From contig OZ316897.1 of assembly GCA_973895155.1 (NCBI GenBank), forward strand, positions 1,266,515-1,330,514: DNA of 64,000 bases, given 5' to 3'. The notes beneath the pieces were generated by a model. It was not told the DNA's origin, made no database searches, and worked only from the letters and a program-made list of their open reading frames with translations. This DNA is from Marsupella aquatica. Its lineage: Eukaryota; Plantae; Marchantiophyta. Position 1 is the stretch's first letter; each line of letters opens with the position of its first letter. The translations under genes were made by a program, and so were the position numbers. Of the stretch, positions 13,101 through 28,200 are shown in pieces.

Positions 13101-15667
13101 CCTAGGTACCTTATTGTCTTGTTTGCTTTGGTTACACTGATTTGTAACTGATCAAAGGTGGGAATAAAGGATAACATAAATCCAATGGTGAGCCCATGTT
13201 CCCACCAAATCTCATTTTGTAAAGGGACGATTGACGACTTTTGGCGGGATCCAGTATTATATATGTAGATTTAAGGTCAGTCTCGGCAGGTTGGCTTGGA
13301 GCAGCCTCATTTCTGATTTTTGAAGTAAAGTGTACTTCATTGACTATGCATTTATTAGACTTATTTAAGTTGGGAGAGACACACTATTTTAACTCCACTT
13401 GCAAACCCACGTGGCTACTGTTAGCTCCACACTAAATTCACATCATCCAACATGTAGCTCACCAGGTCTGACGTTAGACTGGCTTTGCAGCCCAAAATGA
13501 AGTGAACCATCTCTTCCTGGGAAAGAAGCCTTGCTATCGCACAGGGACATGCAACGATGTGCGTAGGTTGGCATCATTTTCCGACATGTCTGGCCCTCCA
13601 AGAGTCCTAGTTGCTTGCTTGTCCAACTTATGGTCTTTTTGCAGGTGTCACTCGGCATCATCCTTGCCCCCCTCTAACTTTCCCTGCAGATGGATGGACA
13701 GATGGAGCTATATTGGCAGCCTAGAACCAGAGTAGCATTTTTTATAGTGCAAAATGTTGCTAGATGATTCCACCTCCCTAAAAAGTGTTCTAGATTCACC
13801 TCTAAAAAATGTGTTCTCTAGCCTTTTTGTCATCCCTTACCAGTTTCCCACCAAGCCATCACTAGCCAGACCCTGATTGTCATCCTTAAGTTTAGGGTCA
13901 TCCTCAAATGTAGGGTCATCCTAAGGTATCTTGAGTAATAGGGGAGGAAATTGGGAAACCTAAAGAATGAAGCTGATGGGGATCGGAATTAGGATTTGAG
14001 AGAATCATCTTACTTATAAAGCGTCAACTACAAGCTAGAGTTGGGGCCTAGGCTTCTAGAGTTCTATAATCTGCCTGTAAAGCATAAATCCATGGCTCAT
14101 CACGTGGATGGAAAACTTGACCATGACTATGATACAGATGTCAAATAATAATCTTGCATGCCTTTTGTCATGACTTGTTTTTATATGAAAAAATGAACTC
14201 TATGGCCCCACGATAACATATGACTGTGCATAGAAAGAGGGTTGTGCATAGAAAAGAGCATGGTAGGTATGTTGTGTATGATTATTGAAATGATGACATG
14301 CATGATTTTTTTTGTTCATTTCATTAACATTAAAAAATTGTGAATAAAGAATATATCTTGGTGACATTTTTATTGTCCTCCCCTCTATGCACTTTCAAAG
14401 CCCGGTTCAAAGAATGGGTAGTCGGGGCTATTTCACAAAACGAACAAGGAATTGATGCCAAAAAAACAATAAATACAACGTACTCCATGAACATAAGTCC
14501 CCTACAAGTTAATGTTGCTTAATCTTTATAGTAGTCAATGGGTCTCCCTTTGCTGTTACACTTTATGCAATTTGCTGTTATGTAGTCGGGCAATCAGACC
14601 CGGTCTTCCTCAGTGTGCTGACACTCTTCAGCCAATCTAATATTATAGTTATATCCCTAAGGGTTACTGTAATTATGTGTTTGTTAGATGAATGTTTGTG
14701 AGATGAAGGGGAAACGTTGCCAAGGAACAACCACTGGAGTTCCCAAGAGGAGAAGTATCTCTATGCAAGTCCAGTTTCCAATTATTTTAGGCCGAGTTAT
14801 ATATCAAACTGCAAAAGAACAAGGGGCACCCAAACACAAGACAGGACCCAATCAAGGGGAGGCAACCAAAGAGCCCATGAAGGCTTTGAACCAGAAGAAA
14901 AGCCAAGTGAACCACAAACCAACAAAGAACCAGGGGCCTAAGACTGTACCTATTGAATATCTGTAGGCTGGGTCTGGTAGAGCTCCGGAGAGAACTACAT
15001 AGGGGGTCTAACAAAGGAACTTGACTAGTTGCTCTAGAACTAACTCAGGCTCGTGCCAAAGAACCAAAAAAGTCAATTCGATCAAAAGAACAAATAGCCT
15101 ATTGTAAGAGCCAAAAATATGGTAAGACCCCAACAACGAGCCCAACAATTGCTAAAGATCTAAAATCCTAGTGAGCACCATGCTAAAAAGCTGGGTAGAA
15201 TTCTGGAATAAACTACATAAGAGGATCACGAAGACAAATTTGACCAGAGAGTGACCCTAAAACCAATATTGTCACCCTTCAGACTGTACAACATAATGCA
15301 GAGAAGAAGGTGACCCTACCTATTCAACATTGCCGTACATGTACTCTGTCTCGGATTTTGAGCTTACTAGTCTATTAGATACTATAGTGTGACTCATGTA
15401 CATAGGATAGTAATGTGCTCCGGTGACTATAACTATATACTTTATTAATTATATGTAGCCACTTAACACCGTTCATGAATATTATCTTCTCTTCTCTTAA
15501 CTTATAGTTTTTGTTCATTATGGAGAAGAGCCCAGATTTGGACAGGAACTTATGGTACTTCTCCACTAGTTTTACTAAAAGAATAACAAAGGAATTCTCC
15601 AAAGCTTCAAGCTAGTTTTTAAATGTAACATTCAAGGCATTACCGGCAAGCATAGCCCCTCAAACTT

Positions 15668-15897
15668 CTAAATAAAGATGTAGCAACAATGCACTGGAGG
15701 GTATTATTACTTACACTAGTCCAATGCCCGTGCGTCGCATAGAAGTTGTCGAGGTGAGAAAAAGATATGGAGGTGAGAAAATCTAAATAAAGATGTAGCA
15801 ACAATGCACTGGAGGGTATTATTACTTACACTAGCCCAATGCCCGTGCGTCGCATAGAAGTTGTCGAGGTGAGAAAAAGATATGGAGGTGAGAAAAA
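15668..15897. repeat. 115-bp direct tandem duplication containing a possible Helitron 3' end on the minus strand
   Basis: Two near-identical copies starting at 15668 and 15783. Each has ACTAG-N7-CCCGTGCGTCGCATAG, i.e. CTAG|T plus a degenerate hairpin on the minus strand. Confidence 0.7.
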
Positions 15898-18486
15898 TAT
15901 GTCAAGGAGAGAAAAAGATATAACATGAGAAAAAGATATCATTCAATGTGAAGAAAAGGTGCGAGGAGAGCTAGAAAAAGATTTTGAGGTCAGTGAGAAA
16001 AAAATACCAAGCTGAGAAAAAAATGTCAAGGAGAGAAAAAAGTTGTCAAGGTGAGAAAACGAGGTTGAGGCAAGAAAAAATGTTAATCTGGCCAAAAAGA
16101 GATGTCAAAGGAGGGCAAAGATGTTGAAGCAAGAATTTTTTTTGAGGCAAACAAAGATGTTGAGGCAAGAAAAGATGTCAAGATGCAAAAAGATGTTGAG
16201 GCAAGGCAAAGCAGTAAACTAAGGTGATTGGAAGCAAGAAAATACCCGGGGTCCTCACTTCTTTTCTTCCTACCCATCATGCGCGAATAAGTATAGGGTT
16301 TTTTTATTGGGTTTAGTGAAATACTTTAAAAATTTTGTTGAAGAACATTAGGGTTATTTTAATCCAATTTTGAGAATTATAAGAATCATAGGGGTAAAAA
16401 AATTCCTAAAAAAAACTATATTGACTTAACTTTTAGGGTGTTTATTCCCCCAAAACTTTGAGCGTGATATGAGACACCCCTTGGATTGAGTCCCCCAAGA
16501 GAAAATATAGGCTATGCAATGTATACATTGAGGCATGTTATGTGTCATTGCATCCATGTTAAGGCAAGGCAAAATTGTTGAGGTGAGGCAAAGATGTTGA
16601 GGCAAGACAAAATTGTTGAGGCAAGTTTAGACTTATGTTGAAGTGAGGCAAAGATGTTGTTGTGAGGCAAAAATGTTGAGGCGAGACAAAGAAATGTCAT
16701 CCGCCAAAGACATCTCAAATATGATTGCAACCATGTTGTCATTGTTGTGATAGCTATGTTGTCAAGGAGAGCATGGATGTGGGAGGGTGAGAGGGAGTGC
16801 AAGAGAGGTGATGGCCCGGCCCCTTGGGGCTTTGTGGGGTCAAGGTGTGGTTGCACAATGGTATTGGGAGGGGAGCATTTTAATTTTTCTCTTCCCCTTT
16901 TCCTATTTCTTCACTCCCTCGCCACTCCATTCCTCCCCCTCTTTCTTACCATTAATAAACCAAACTAGTATGTGGATTCAGCTCAATTCATTTTTGGGTG
17001 GACCGTGCATTCAAGAGTGTAGTGTATGGACTAGATCACATTGTCAAAGTGCATTCAAAGGAGTGTTCTATATATGTAGGCTAGATCAGATTGCCAAAGT
17101 GCATTGGAAGGAGCGTTATAAATCTGTCGTTTTAAATTCATGTGCATAAAATTTAATTTTGGTAAGAATGACATCTAAAGCTCATCTATAATAATAAGAG
17201 GATGCGACAAGAAAAATTACGGCTTGGATTGAATCACTAGTTGTAAATATCTATAATATTATCTTGAGCAACTTAGTTTGAAGATTCAATTTGTTAATAC
17301 ATGCTAATAAAACAAAGTTTGCATCAATGTCCTAATGATCATGGCAAATGGAAACAAAGACAAAAACCATAAGTGTAGAATCATCATAGGTGTGGGGGAG
17401 AGATAGAGGTCATATAGACCAACTTTCATGGGACTGTGAACACTTGTTTTCTTGCATGATGTGGATTATGTAATCAATTCTACTTTATGATGTTATTTTG
17501 TCTTATTATTAAATGTAGGCTCTTTCTCCATTATGTAGAGATTGTAACTAATAAACTGAACAAAAATAGGTTGGATAGGAGATTTAGTGATGTTGTGTTC
17601 AATATTTAGGGACTAATTTGTTGTGCTTGTGGAGGCTGATTGGCGGTTGAACTCATGACTCTTTTGGTGTGCCTAGGGTGATCATAGTGGGGTTTAATAG
17701 CATAGTTACTTCAGGCTAGGTGGGAGTATCGTTTATATGAGACATTCAAGCTTGGAGGCAGACATCAAGTGGCAGAGTATTTTTTGTATGGCTCTCATCA
17801 TGCGACCCAGGTAGGTTTGGAGCATTGCATGTTTTGTTTAATAATTACAGTTTGTATGGATTTTATTAGTTGTGAAGTGGCCCAATGTCCTTTCAATTCA
17901 ATGGTTGAGCCCCCCTCTTCACCCTTTCTTGAGATGAACATTTTACACTTGGTTGCTAGACAAACTTGGGAGAGTTTACGAATTATTTTATAATCAATAG
18001 CAAGCTCAACTTTTTGACAACACTTGAAATACAGGTTGGCCTTCTTTCTCTTCTCTCCTTATGGTCCAGAAGTGTGATTGCTAATATATTTTGTGATAAA
18101 CCTATTTCAAACATTTGTTCAATTCCAAGATTTCACCTTAGTCAATTGATTTGTGATCATTGTTTCTAGATAAAAGAAAGTGAAAAGTTCTAATTTGCAA
18201 CATCAGATCCCGCATCAGATCTAAACTTAGTGAACTGTTTGACCTGAAAATTGGAGTTTCATATTTTCTTGTAAATACTTTTTCAAATCTTGACAACTGA
18301 AAAGATGTAAATATTGATACTCTAACTAAGGAATTTTGCTACAAAGAAAGGCATAAGAAGACTTTAGATTGAGAGTTATTTCCTTTTGAAATTCCTTTTC
18401 CAATAAAAATTAGCAAAAGCAAGATCAACATTTGACACTACTCTTAACATAACATTGTCTTTACATTAAAAATGAAGAAGATCAGA

Positions 18487-18765
18487 AGTTAAGGCATCTT
18501 GGTGCCCACATCCGGAAGGTTGGTGTACTTTTTGACCCAATTATACCTTTTAAACTTAATAAGGTTACAAGTTAAGGCATTCTGGTGCACACATCCGCAA
18601 GGGTTGGTGTACTGTTTGACCCCAATTGTAACTTTAAAATTAATAAGGTTACAAGTTAAGGCATTCTGGTGCACACATCCGCAAGGGTTGGTGTACTGTT
18701 TGACCCCAATTGTAACTTTGAAATTGATAAGGTTATGAGTTAAGATATTAAGGTGCACACATCCC
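18487..18765. repeat. 84-bp tandem repeat, ~3.3 copies
   Basis: AGTTAAG anchor at 18487, 18570, 18654 and 18738. Confidence 0.9.
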
Positions 18766-19656
18766 TAAGTAGGCTTAGCGTAACTGAGATTGGATTAAGA
18801 CAAAATTGTCATATCAATATATTTTTTAACTCACAATTTGGAGCTAAGTTTGAGCTCCAACTTTAATCGAGACTTTAATACTAGATTCCTCAGCTTTCCT
18901 CTCTATCCCTTAGAGAATGTTCAGCCCATTTAGTTGAGTAGAACAAAAATGACTTTTTTAGAGATCCATGTTAATTTTGGCTTCAACTTAGTTGACCCAC
19001 ATTACTGGCCCATATTTAATAATTATTCTTTCCCAGTTTTTGAGTGACAACTAGCATAGATCTGACATGCGTGATACTTCTCACACATTACTATTCTTGC
19101 GCACTTCCATTCTCGCACACATGACAGTTTTTACACAAGCGACATTATTGTGCATCAACCCACATTGCACAACTCTCATCATTGATCAACAAACATCAAT
19201 GGTTAAAACTAGCTTGTTATCTTATTTTATTACCCAAAGTACTATCCAAGTTTTTGTTTAAATTTGACATCAAAGAATGTGTATCATTCTTGCAAATGAA
19301 CCCAACATTTTCTTCACGGTTGCCACACGAGTGTCTTGAATGGTCACACGAGTGATACGACACATTGCGCAATCTCCACCATTGATAAGTAAAATCCAAT
19401 GGATAAGAATGAATGGATGACATGGAATTTTCTCTGAATTTATAAATTTGCAAGAGTCTCTAAGTGGACCCGTAAAAAATCCAAATTTAATGGAGAGAAG
19501 AAAAAAAGGGATTGAATTAAAAGCAAAATTAATCCATTTTGCTTCTTTATAAAGTTTCATAATTATACTCTATGGAAAAATCCAAAAAATTTGTCAGCCC
19601 CAAAAGTTTCTCTTTCCTATGTGTGTACTTTAATAAAAGACAAAGCAACATTTAAA

Positions 19657-19835
19657 ATGATGTCACATAAAGTAGGATCATCACAATTTGGATGATGTCA
19701 CATAAGACTAATGTCATGATCTGACATAAAATAGAGTCATCACATTTTGGATAACGTCACATAAGACTAATGTCATGATGTCACATAAAGTAGAATCATC
19801 ACATTTTGGATGATGTCACATAAGACATGTCATGT
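19657..19835. repeat. ~59-bp tandem repeat x3 built from TGATGTCACATAA subunits
   Basis: Units directly visible. Confidence 0.85.
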
Positions 19836-20974
19836 ACTATGTAACTATTCTACTATATTAAGTATATCACTTGACAATCTAAGAGTACAGTCACGAAAAA
19901 GAAATCTGATTGCTCAAGTTGATTCCCTCCATTTTCAATTTTGTAAGCAAGACGGCATTTCATATTATAGAAGTAGACATCATGCATAATTATACATTCC
20001 CCAACAACTAAAGGAACTAAATTGTCAATTAAAAAGACTTACGTTGACTTGCCTCAGGGGTGCCGTGGACACCGGGTTAAATCAACACCGCATTAAGGCT
20101 CCCCAAACTTCTTGGGGCCCCGTACCCTGCCCGTCACTAATCCCAATGCTGCTGCTCGCAAGCCCGCGCGTCCATCAATCACCGTTCTGGCGCATTTGAA
20201 ACGTATTAGCCCCGATCGGCGACGGATGGAAAATTTCCATCCATTTCAAATTTCACGGGCTTTAGGGCGCGGGACACGCTTACCCGGCCTCCAGTCCCCC
20301 TCTATTTTTGTCACATGTTCTCATTCTCAGTTGTTATCATTGTGGTCCTGCTGCTGGAAATACTCAATGTGCAGCGTTGTGCGTTCTATCGTCATATCAT
20401 TTTCTAGCGCGCGCGAGCGTTCAGCCCGAAGTTTGCAGAGTCTTGAGCTCTTGTTTCTTGTCTCCCACGCGCATTATCAAATGCGATTTGGCCTTTTCAG
20501 TTAAGATTGTCAATGTGTTTCCACTGTGCATGTATGTATTACTTTTTCTTCACCACGGATTATGTTAACAATGTCTTTTGTATTAGGTTCTAATTTGTTT
20601 CACTAAGCACCTCAGTAGTGTTTAGCGTTCTATACTTGGCGCCTCTGCCCCAAGCAAGAGAAGATCAACATCAGGTTACTAGCAACGTTGCAGTGCACTT
20701 TTGCATGTGTGGACCCTATCACTATTGAGGAGCATTGATCGTGGGACAGATTGCCTCCGTCATCTCTTTCCATGTAAAACGTGTTAGAACAATGGTGTTT
20801 GCGTAGTCGTTCTACCAGTCCCACACAGTTATTGGATGTGACGTACCCTAGTTGTAATGGACATGACAGGGGGTGTGATTCAGGACCCACCTCCTGGGAA
20901 GTTCTCCGCATTGTCACTTGTTTGGACTCTTAATTAAGCTATCATTCCTTGGGAACGCCTGACAGACTTTAGGG

Positions 20975-23900
20975 ATGGGGAGGGTAGAAGAGATCCTAAA
21001 TTTGAGACATCTTTTTACATTAGGACTTCAAAGAAATCAGATTCTGAGAACACAGATTGGGTAGAGTATAAGATATTCTGGTGTTCTTATGGCCCGCAAG
21101 AACACAATGTCAATCTATGTGTTCCTCCTCTCGAGGGAACACATCCAAAGTCAGGAATTGGGAGTAGGCCACGTCTATGCAAAAAGAACTTCAACAATCA
21201 CGCAAAAAGGAATTGTCAATGCCACTTCATTGCAAAGAGATTCAATATGATCCTTGACGCTATTCAAATCACCTATAGTAATAGGTACAAACTACCTTCT
21301 GACTCAAAATGAACTTCTATGACTCTGTTCTTGCGTTCCAGTTTGAGTTTTCCTTACTGTTCTGCCACCATGTACTCTTCACATCACAGTAAGTTATTTG
21401 CAATATAGTGTGTGTTCTGGCATCAAACTTCACTGAAACTATGTGATGTTGTTACTGTTCTGGTTGCAGAATCCATTGCAACCTCAGAGGCGACATAGTG
21501 CATGGTTCTTGGGAGCATGAAATGGGGATGCCAACTTGGGGGCCAAAGTGTAGTGTTGCTCCATGGCTGACCAACGAGTTGCAAAAACACCTAAAAGACT
21601 TGTTGAGGGCAAAGTGGTCTGTCCTTGACATATATGACCTACACTGCCAGTCACAATTTGAGAGGGATGGTGATGATCGTGGCCATAATGTCACTGACAT
21701 GGAAGTCACACTAAGCTTTGATGGTAGAGACGACCTTTTGTCAAAACAGGACCTGCGAAACCTGAAGAGGAAAATTGACAAAGAGTTGTGGTTATGGGAT
21801 GACAATGACCAAGCCTCAATGCGGAAATGGAAATGCCTTTACCCTGAAAGAGTTTTTCTTTCCCATGAGTACTTGGAGGGACCTCCAAAGCAGGAGTTCA
21901 TGCTTGGACTCCAATCACCTTGGTAGCTTGCTCAAATGACAAAGTTGTCTCATGGGTCGGTCTTGGCCCTGGACTCCACATTTGCAATTAACAAATATGG
22001 GGTCAGTCCTCTTGGTCCCTTTCCTACATTATCTTTTATTCATTTTTGTGATGTTATCGTGTGTTTGAATTACCGTTCTGGTTAATTTCTATGTTGAATG
22101 ACATTACTATTTTGGTTTATTTTTGTATTGACTGACATTACTGTTCTGGCATGTAACCTTAATTACATTTGTTATGATGACAGTTTCCTTTCTTTACTCT
22201 TGTTGCATTTGATGAACACCAAATGGGACTACCCATAGCGTGGTGTATACAACAGTCAGAGTCAGCAGAATATATTGGGTCATTTTTACAAGCTGTGAAA
22301 GACAGAGCCTTGTTGACCAAACCGGATTGGAGTCCAAGTTGTTTCATCATCGATTGCACTCAGGCTGAAGTTAGTGCCTTACAAGCAGTGTTTCCTAACA
22401 TCCCAATATACTTCTGTAGTTGGCATGTCAGAAGGTATGTTTGAAACCACATACCACGGACCATTCTCATGTTTAGTTATCATCATCACTTATAGAGTCT
22501 TTTTGTTACTGTTCTACCCATTTCACTCACAGGTACTTCCATACAGGGCTTGGAAGGAGAATCTGATCAAGAAGGTTCCCAACATAGCCAAGCTCCTAAA
22601 CATGAATGATGATCTTGGAGATTTAATGTATGCTGAGACTGAGGAAGACATGCAAGCCTTGTGGCATGCCTTCAAAATTAAATACAACTCTGAAAAGCTA
22701 TTTCTGAAGTATTTTGAGGACACTTGGATGTATAGAACAGGTATGTGGTTTGCTATTTGGGGTATGCCTGGCCATTTTAGTAAATTCTTTGTTGTCAACA
22801 TGTCCATTCAATGGTCTAAGGTTTTTGTATTGTATTTATATCTTGCCATGTATTTTATTTTTGCAATGTTTTTGTAGCTGTTCTGTACTGCACAAGTTTG
22901 TGTGCCTTTGTAGCTGTTCTGTATTGCATAATATCCTATGTCTCTGTAGTTGTGGAATACTTCAGAACTCCGTCTAGATCTCTGGTACTTAATGTTGTGG
23001 CATGTCTTATATTCCAGCAAAGTGGATGAGGGCTGTTCGATCAATGCCCCGTGCCAACCAGAATACAAATGGTGCAATTGAAGCTTGGCATTGCACTTTG
23101 AAAAAGATGATAAGGAGAGTAATAGGGGCCATTGGAGCACGTCGCCTTGATCGGATTGTGAATGCACTTTTTCAAGTGATGCTTCCATTCTTTTGGTACC
23201 AAATTCGGTGCAAAGCAAGGGGAAGAGTCATCAACTACAAGAAAGAGGAAATAGTCTTGAATAGTCTCCACAAGGCAGAGCATCGAATGAAAGACCATCA
23301 GGTCTGTTTTCCTGATCCAACATTGCCCAATCAGGCAATTGTGAAAAGTTTAAAACCTCAGGGGAGAGAGTATATTGTGCGCAATATATATTCAAACTTT
23401 CCTTCATGCTGTTGTAAGTGGGCTGATGAAGGGAACATGTGCAAGCACCAATTGAAGGCATTGCTAGTGAGAGGTTGTCAAGGTGCTGTCTTGGTTCAAC
23501 AACTAGGTACCAGGTTTGGTAGCCTCATGGGTGGCATCTCACATTTGAATGCGGATGAGAACATCCTGACACCACCTGAACATGTAGAAGTAGAAGGCCA
23601 AGTTGAGCCTCATGCGGTTTGTGAAACAATGGAATCTAGCCTTCATGTTTCTGTTCTGCCTAAAGAGAACCCAGAGCGGTCCCTCAGACAATTTGTGCAA
23701 CAGATGTTTGATGAGATTTTGCTCATTGTGGAAGGGGATGCCCGTCTAACAGAGCAAGTATTCCCAGCAACACAACTTACTTTGAACAAAGTGAAGAGCC
23801 AAGAACAAACTAAACACCTCTCAATGAAAGACATAGGTCCTGTGGATGCTTTTGTCAGGCCTATGGGTCTTACATCCAAGCGACGTCTAGGTGTTGTGGA

Positions 23901-24048
23901 CATTTACCACGGTGGGAAGAGAGGAAGGAGGACTATGGCTTTGAGGACAACACAAACAAGAGAACAAGCAGCTTCGTCTCAAATAATTACTAATATGGTA
24001 AGTTCTATATTTTTTTGTTTGTTCCAATTTCTGTTCTGTCTTGTATGA
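20975..24048 (+). pseudogene. MULE transposase (MURA-like, SWIM finger), multi-exon, with a premature stop
   Basis: DSTF (D1), FIID...FCSWH (D2 plus CxxH), TNGAIEAWH (E), SWIM CCC...NMCKH, N-terminal NCQCHF. TAG at 21924 interrupts the frame. Boundaries approximate. Confidence 0.9.
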
Positions 24049-24559
24049 AAAACCAAATAATTGAAGAGCGGTAACTTAGCAACTTTCTTGAATGGCAGGA
24101 GGAGGATGGCACAACACCATGTAAACGACCATCCAAGCGCAAAGTGGTTCGGGAATCTATCAGGCAGCATCTGAGTAGGTTAGGCAAGGAATTTAAGGAC
24201 GGTAGGCGGCGACGTAGGACAGCAAATCAGTTCACTCCACCACTTCCTGCTTGTGTCATGCACCTTGGAGGTGGTGCTAGGGATGTGGACATAAACACCA
24301 ATATTGACCTCTATGTATCCCTTCATGAGGAAGCTTCATGATAATGAAATTTGGTGCTCAGTGACCACACAACACTGCTTATTAAGACCCTTTTAAAAGT
24401 AACTATAAGTTACCTAGCTATTGACTAAACTTATTGATCTTAGGCATACTTCACATCTTGTGTGTGCAAATAAGTGGACACTAGAATAGTCACATAAATG
24501 CAAGTGTATTTCTCATAAGTTGAATGTGAGGAGCACAATGACCATCAAAGTCTACAAAG

Positions 24560-25078
24560 AATTTTCATATGCCAGAACAATCACACAAACACGAGAAACA
24601 ACCATGGGTCACAAACGCGGGGCTGCCAGAACACTAAAACAAGTGCAACAGCACCCTTATACTTGCGCAAACACGGGGTTGCCAAAAGAGTCACATGAAG
24701 ATGATAGCCCTTATATCTGGGCAATCGCAGGGCTGCCAGAACAATCACACAAACACAAAAACCCTTGTAGCTAGGCAAACACGAGGCTGCCAGAACAGTC
24801 ACATGAAGACCGTAGCCCTATATCTGGGCAATCGCAGGGCTGCCAGAACAGTCACACGAACACAAAAACCCGTGTAGCTAGGAAAACACGAGGTTTCCAA
24901 AACAATCACACAAAGACAATAACCGGTTATATCTGGGCAATCGTAGGGCTGCCAGAACAGTCACATGAACACGTACGACAACTCTTGTATTGGGCAAATG
25001 CACGGCTACCAGAATAGTCACACAAATGTATAAAATGTAGTGGTGCAAAAGAACAATTGCCAGAACAGTCACACAAAT
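24560..25078. repeat. ~53-bp tandem array (GGGCTGCCAGAACAGTCACA core) between the convergent MULE genes
   Basis: About 9 copies of the core, with a dimeric alternation. Confidence 0.85.
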
Positions 25079-25267
25079 TTGGCGATGTATCATGACAATT
25101 CATTGCAAGCTGGAGAGTGAATGTACAAAGAGCAGAGTGCTTTCACACTATTTGGTTTCTTTTGATGTGTAAATAACTTCATTTGCTACTATATAGATAG
25201 TTGCCAAGAGGCAGACATAGTTACATTGGACATGGTTCAACCATGACATTTCCATTGATGTCTATGT

Positions 25268-28200
25268 CTAGTGAGCTCTATACTTCCCTGCTTGAACAGG
25301 CAAAGAATCCAATTCCAGGGGTGGGAATTTTTGGCAGTCAGTCATGGGTCCAATGGTCTCAACTGTGACATTCTTGTCTGACTGAAGCTGAAGGGCTCTA
25401 AGCTGAATTATGGTGGTTGTTAACAAGTCCCAATGGCGAGGGGCAATGGGGATGCCATCTGGTCCAACCCAGCAATATAGAGATGGCGGCCATGGATGAG
25501 CATTGTCAATTGCCGGAAAAGGTACCGCTATCTTCCTGCAGAGCATAACAGAAAGTGTAATTAGCAAAGTCCTCGAGGAGCTCTTGCCTACATCATACCT
25601 ATATTCAGAGGGAGAGAATGGTTGGCAAGGCACTGTTACCTTGTGTGGTAAACCCATAGGAAAACTTGGAGTTGTGTGTAGGACTTCCGCCTCTTTGCGT
25701 GTAGTGGTAGCCAGACTTGTTTGCCATTTTTGGCTGATATATTGTAGCTTTCAATGAAGGGGATGACCTGCCCATCAATACCAACTACAGAATTGGGCAA
25801 ATCGGGGACAACATGCAGTAAATTTTCTGCTGCATGGGTTAGTAGGAGGCCTAATTCAGCCTTCCACCTGATCATACCCCATGACTCTTCGGAACTTGGC
25901 GGTGTGATGGTCGGGAGCAATCCTACCAAAACAGTGACGAGAACAATAGTAAGTTGAATTCATTCCACAAATCCACAGAAAATGTAGTAAGTAAAAGTGA
26001 AACGACCATCAGTCCTCCCTCAAGTCCTCTTATCTTACCTCCAATAGTCTCAAGAACCTTGAACTTCTCTGGGGTTTTTGTCCTTGATCCCTTTTTCCTG
26101 GTTGTTGGCTTCTTCTTGAGCCTTTTTTTCTCTACGGAAGGAGTACCCTGCAACACAGAACAGTAATCCATAAAGAGTCAAAATTGCCTACATGTATACG
26201 AACAGGAGCAAACAAAATTAAAATTGACAATGCCCCTAAATTTCAATGATATTGCAAGTCATAGCGTTGACTGAACTGCAATTAACTTAGGGTGTTAGCA
26301 CATTGAACTTACTACACATAACCAACTTACTACACATAAGAAATTGAATTGAAATAAAGAGTGTTACCAGACAAAATAATTGTACAGTGCTAGCAAGTGC
26401 CCATACCTTAGTAGTAGACGGCACATTTGTGGCTTGTGTGTTTTCAATATCCTCTGAATGCTTTGTACTAGTGTGTACTCCAGAGGTTTCACTGCCTCTG
26501 TCTGGTTCTTGCTCTTTTGTGCCTCCACCTTCATTTTCATAGGATTCTTGATCATCTGGGAATCTAGTTTCATTTTCAATGTAGTCTGCTTGTTCAGTGG
26601 CTTGTTCGGAGCCCTGATTCAATGCCTTGGTCTCTTGCTTTGTTGCCTTCATGTTCAAAGGCAGATTCTTCATTGTTGGCTTGATTTTTGGCATATTTGT
26701 TCTGCAGGACTTCTTGTTCTTCTTCATCACCAGTACCTGAGTGTTTCTCTCCTTCATGACTATCTTCATGTGAAGGCTCTGTTCCATGGCTGATAGTGTC
26801 GGGGTCTTCTTCCATAGCTTCCAAGACTTCCTTGTCCGCCACTTCCTACCGACCAGAACAGCAATAAAAACAAACAAGTATGAATTGTCGGAAGGGAAAG
26901 CTTGCGAACCATAACAAAAATAGCAACAAACAAGTATGAATTGTCGGAAGAGAAAGTTTGCAAACCAGAACAACAATAGAAACAAACAAGTATAAATTTT
27001 CAAAAGAGAAAGCTTGCAAACCAGAACAGCAATAGAAACAAACAAGTGTGAATTTTCAAAAGAGAAAAGCTTGCAAACCAGAAGGACAATAAAAACAAAC
27101 AAGTACAAATCATCAAAAGAGAAAGCTTGTGAAATGGTACCTCAGCAACAACCATCTTCTTTTGTTTCTTCCTCTAGGTGGGTTTGTCATTGTTACGAGC
27201 TTCCCTTCTTTTTGCTCTTTCTTCTCGGTCAGGCTGAACTTCTGCCTGCTGCTCCTTTGCATGCATTGCTTTTTTTTTGCTCTTGGATGTAGGCTTTGTT
27301 GGGGGGTTTTCTGTTGCACGAGATGGCTTCCCCTTAGCCTTTTGGTTCTGGTTTCGTTTCTTTTTTGGCTTCTGTATGGGTTTTTCTATTACCTTTCGTG
27401 AGTGGAAGACATACTTCTCAGTTTGAAAATTGGTTTGCTGCAAGTTGCATTCAGGCATTCCATCATCGCTGCTCCAATCTCCGAGTTCACATTCTGGCAA
27501 ACAGGCCTAACATGCAATCATTTGAAAATTCAGATCACAAGAAAGTTATGGCAGAACAGAGACACAAACAAACAATTAATCATGTATGAGGCAGAGCAAT
27601 TTGGTAAGCGACAAACCTTAGCACGCATCTCCTCAGGATCAATGTCAGGACTATGCTTATTCCAAAATGCCAGTGTGTTGTCCCTAACACTAGACAATGT
27701 GCTTGTGAAGGCAGCCGATCGCCTCCAGTGTTGGTACCTTTCTGTTGCCTTCTGAACTATCCATTTGGTTTCATCCCCCTCATGGTTGATCTTCAAATTA
27801 TGTGCCCAACGTAACCACCATGTCAACTTCTGCCTCTTTTGCTTCCACACCCGTCCACGAAATGACCCAAGTGTTGATTCTCTATTATGTTCAATGGTTG
27901 CTGTACTGGTGGATTCCTGAACATTTGCATGCCACAACAGTGAACATGACACAAAACATCACATAAATGTTGTCATGGCAGAACAGTCACATATAATGCA
28001 AATAAAGTTACACACCTTTGTCGGGCTGAGGTCTTCGGACGACCTTTCTTACATTCTCCTGGGTTCATGCGATGTAAGGATCGCATGTGATCCAGGAAGG
28101 AGGTTCTTCGGATGAAATGTGTACAACTATCATCAGTCATCACCTTGCAAACATAACCAGATCCTGAAGTTCTAAGAAAGGAAGGGTTTTTCTGCCGGAC

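Noticed and set aside
15716-17200. Complete non-autonomous Helitron
   Set aside because: The 3' end signature is plausible, but the hairpin is degenerate, CACTAG could also be a CACTA start, and no 5' end could be fixed.
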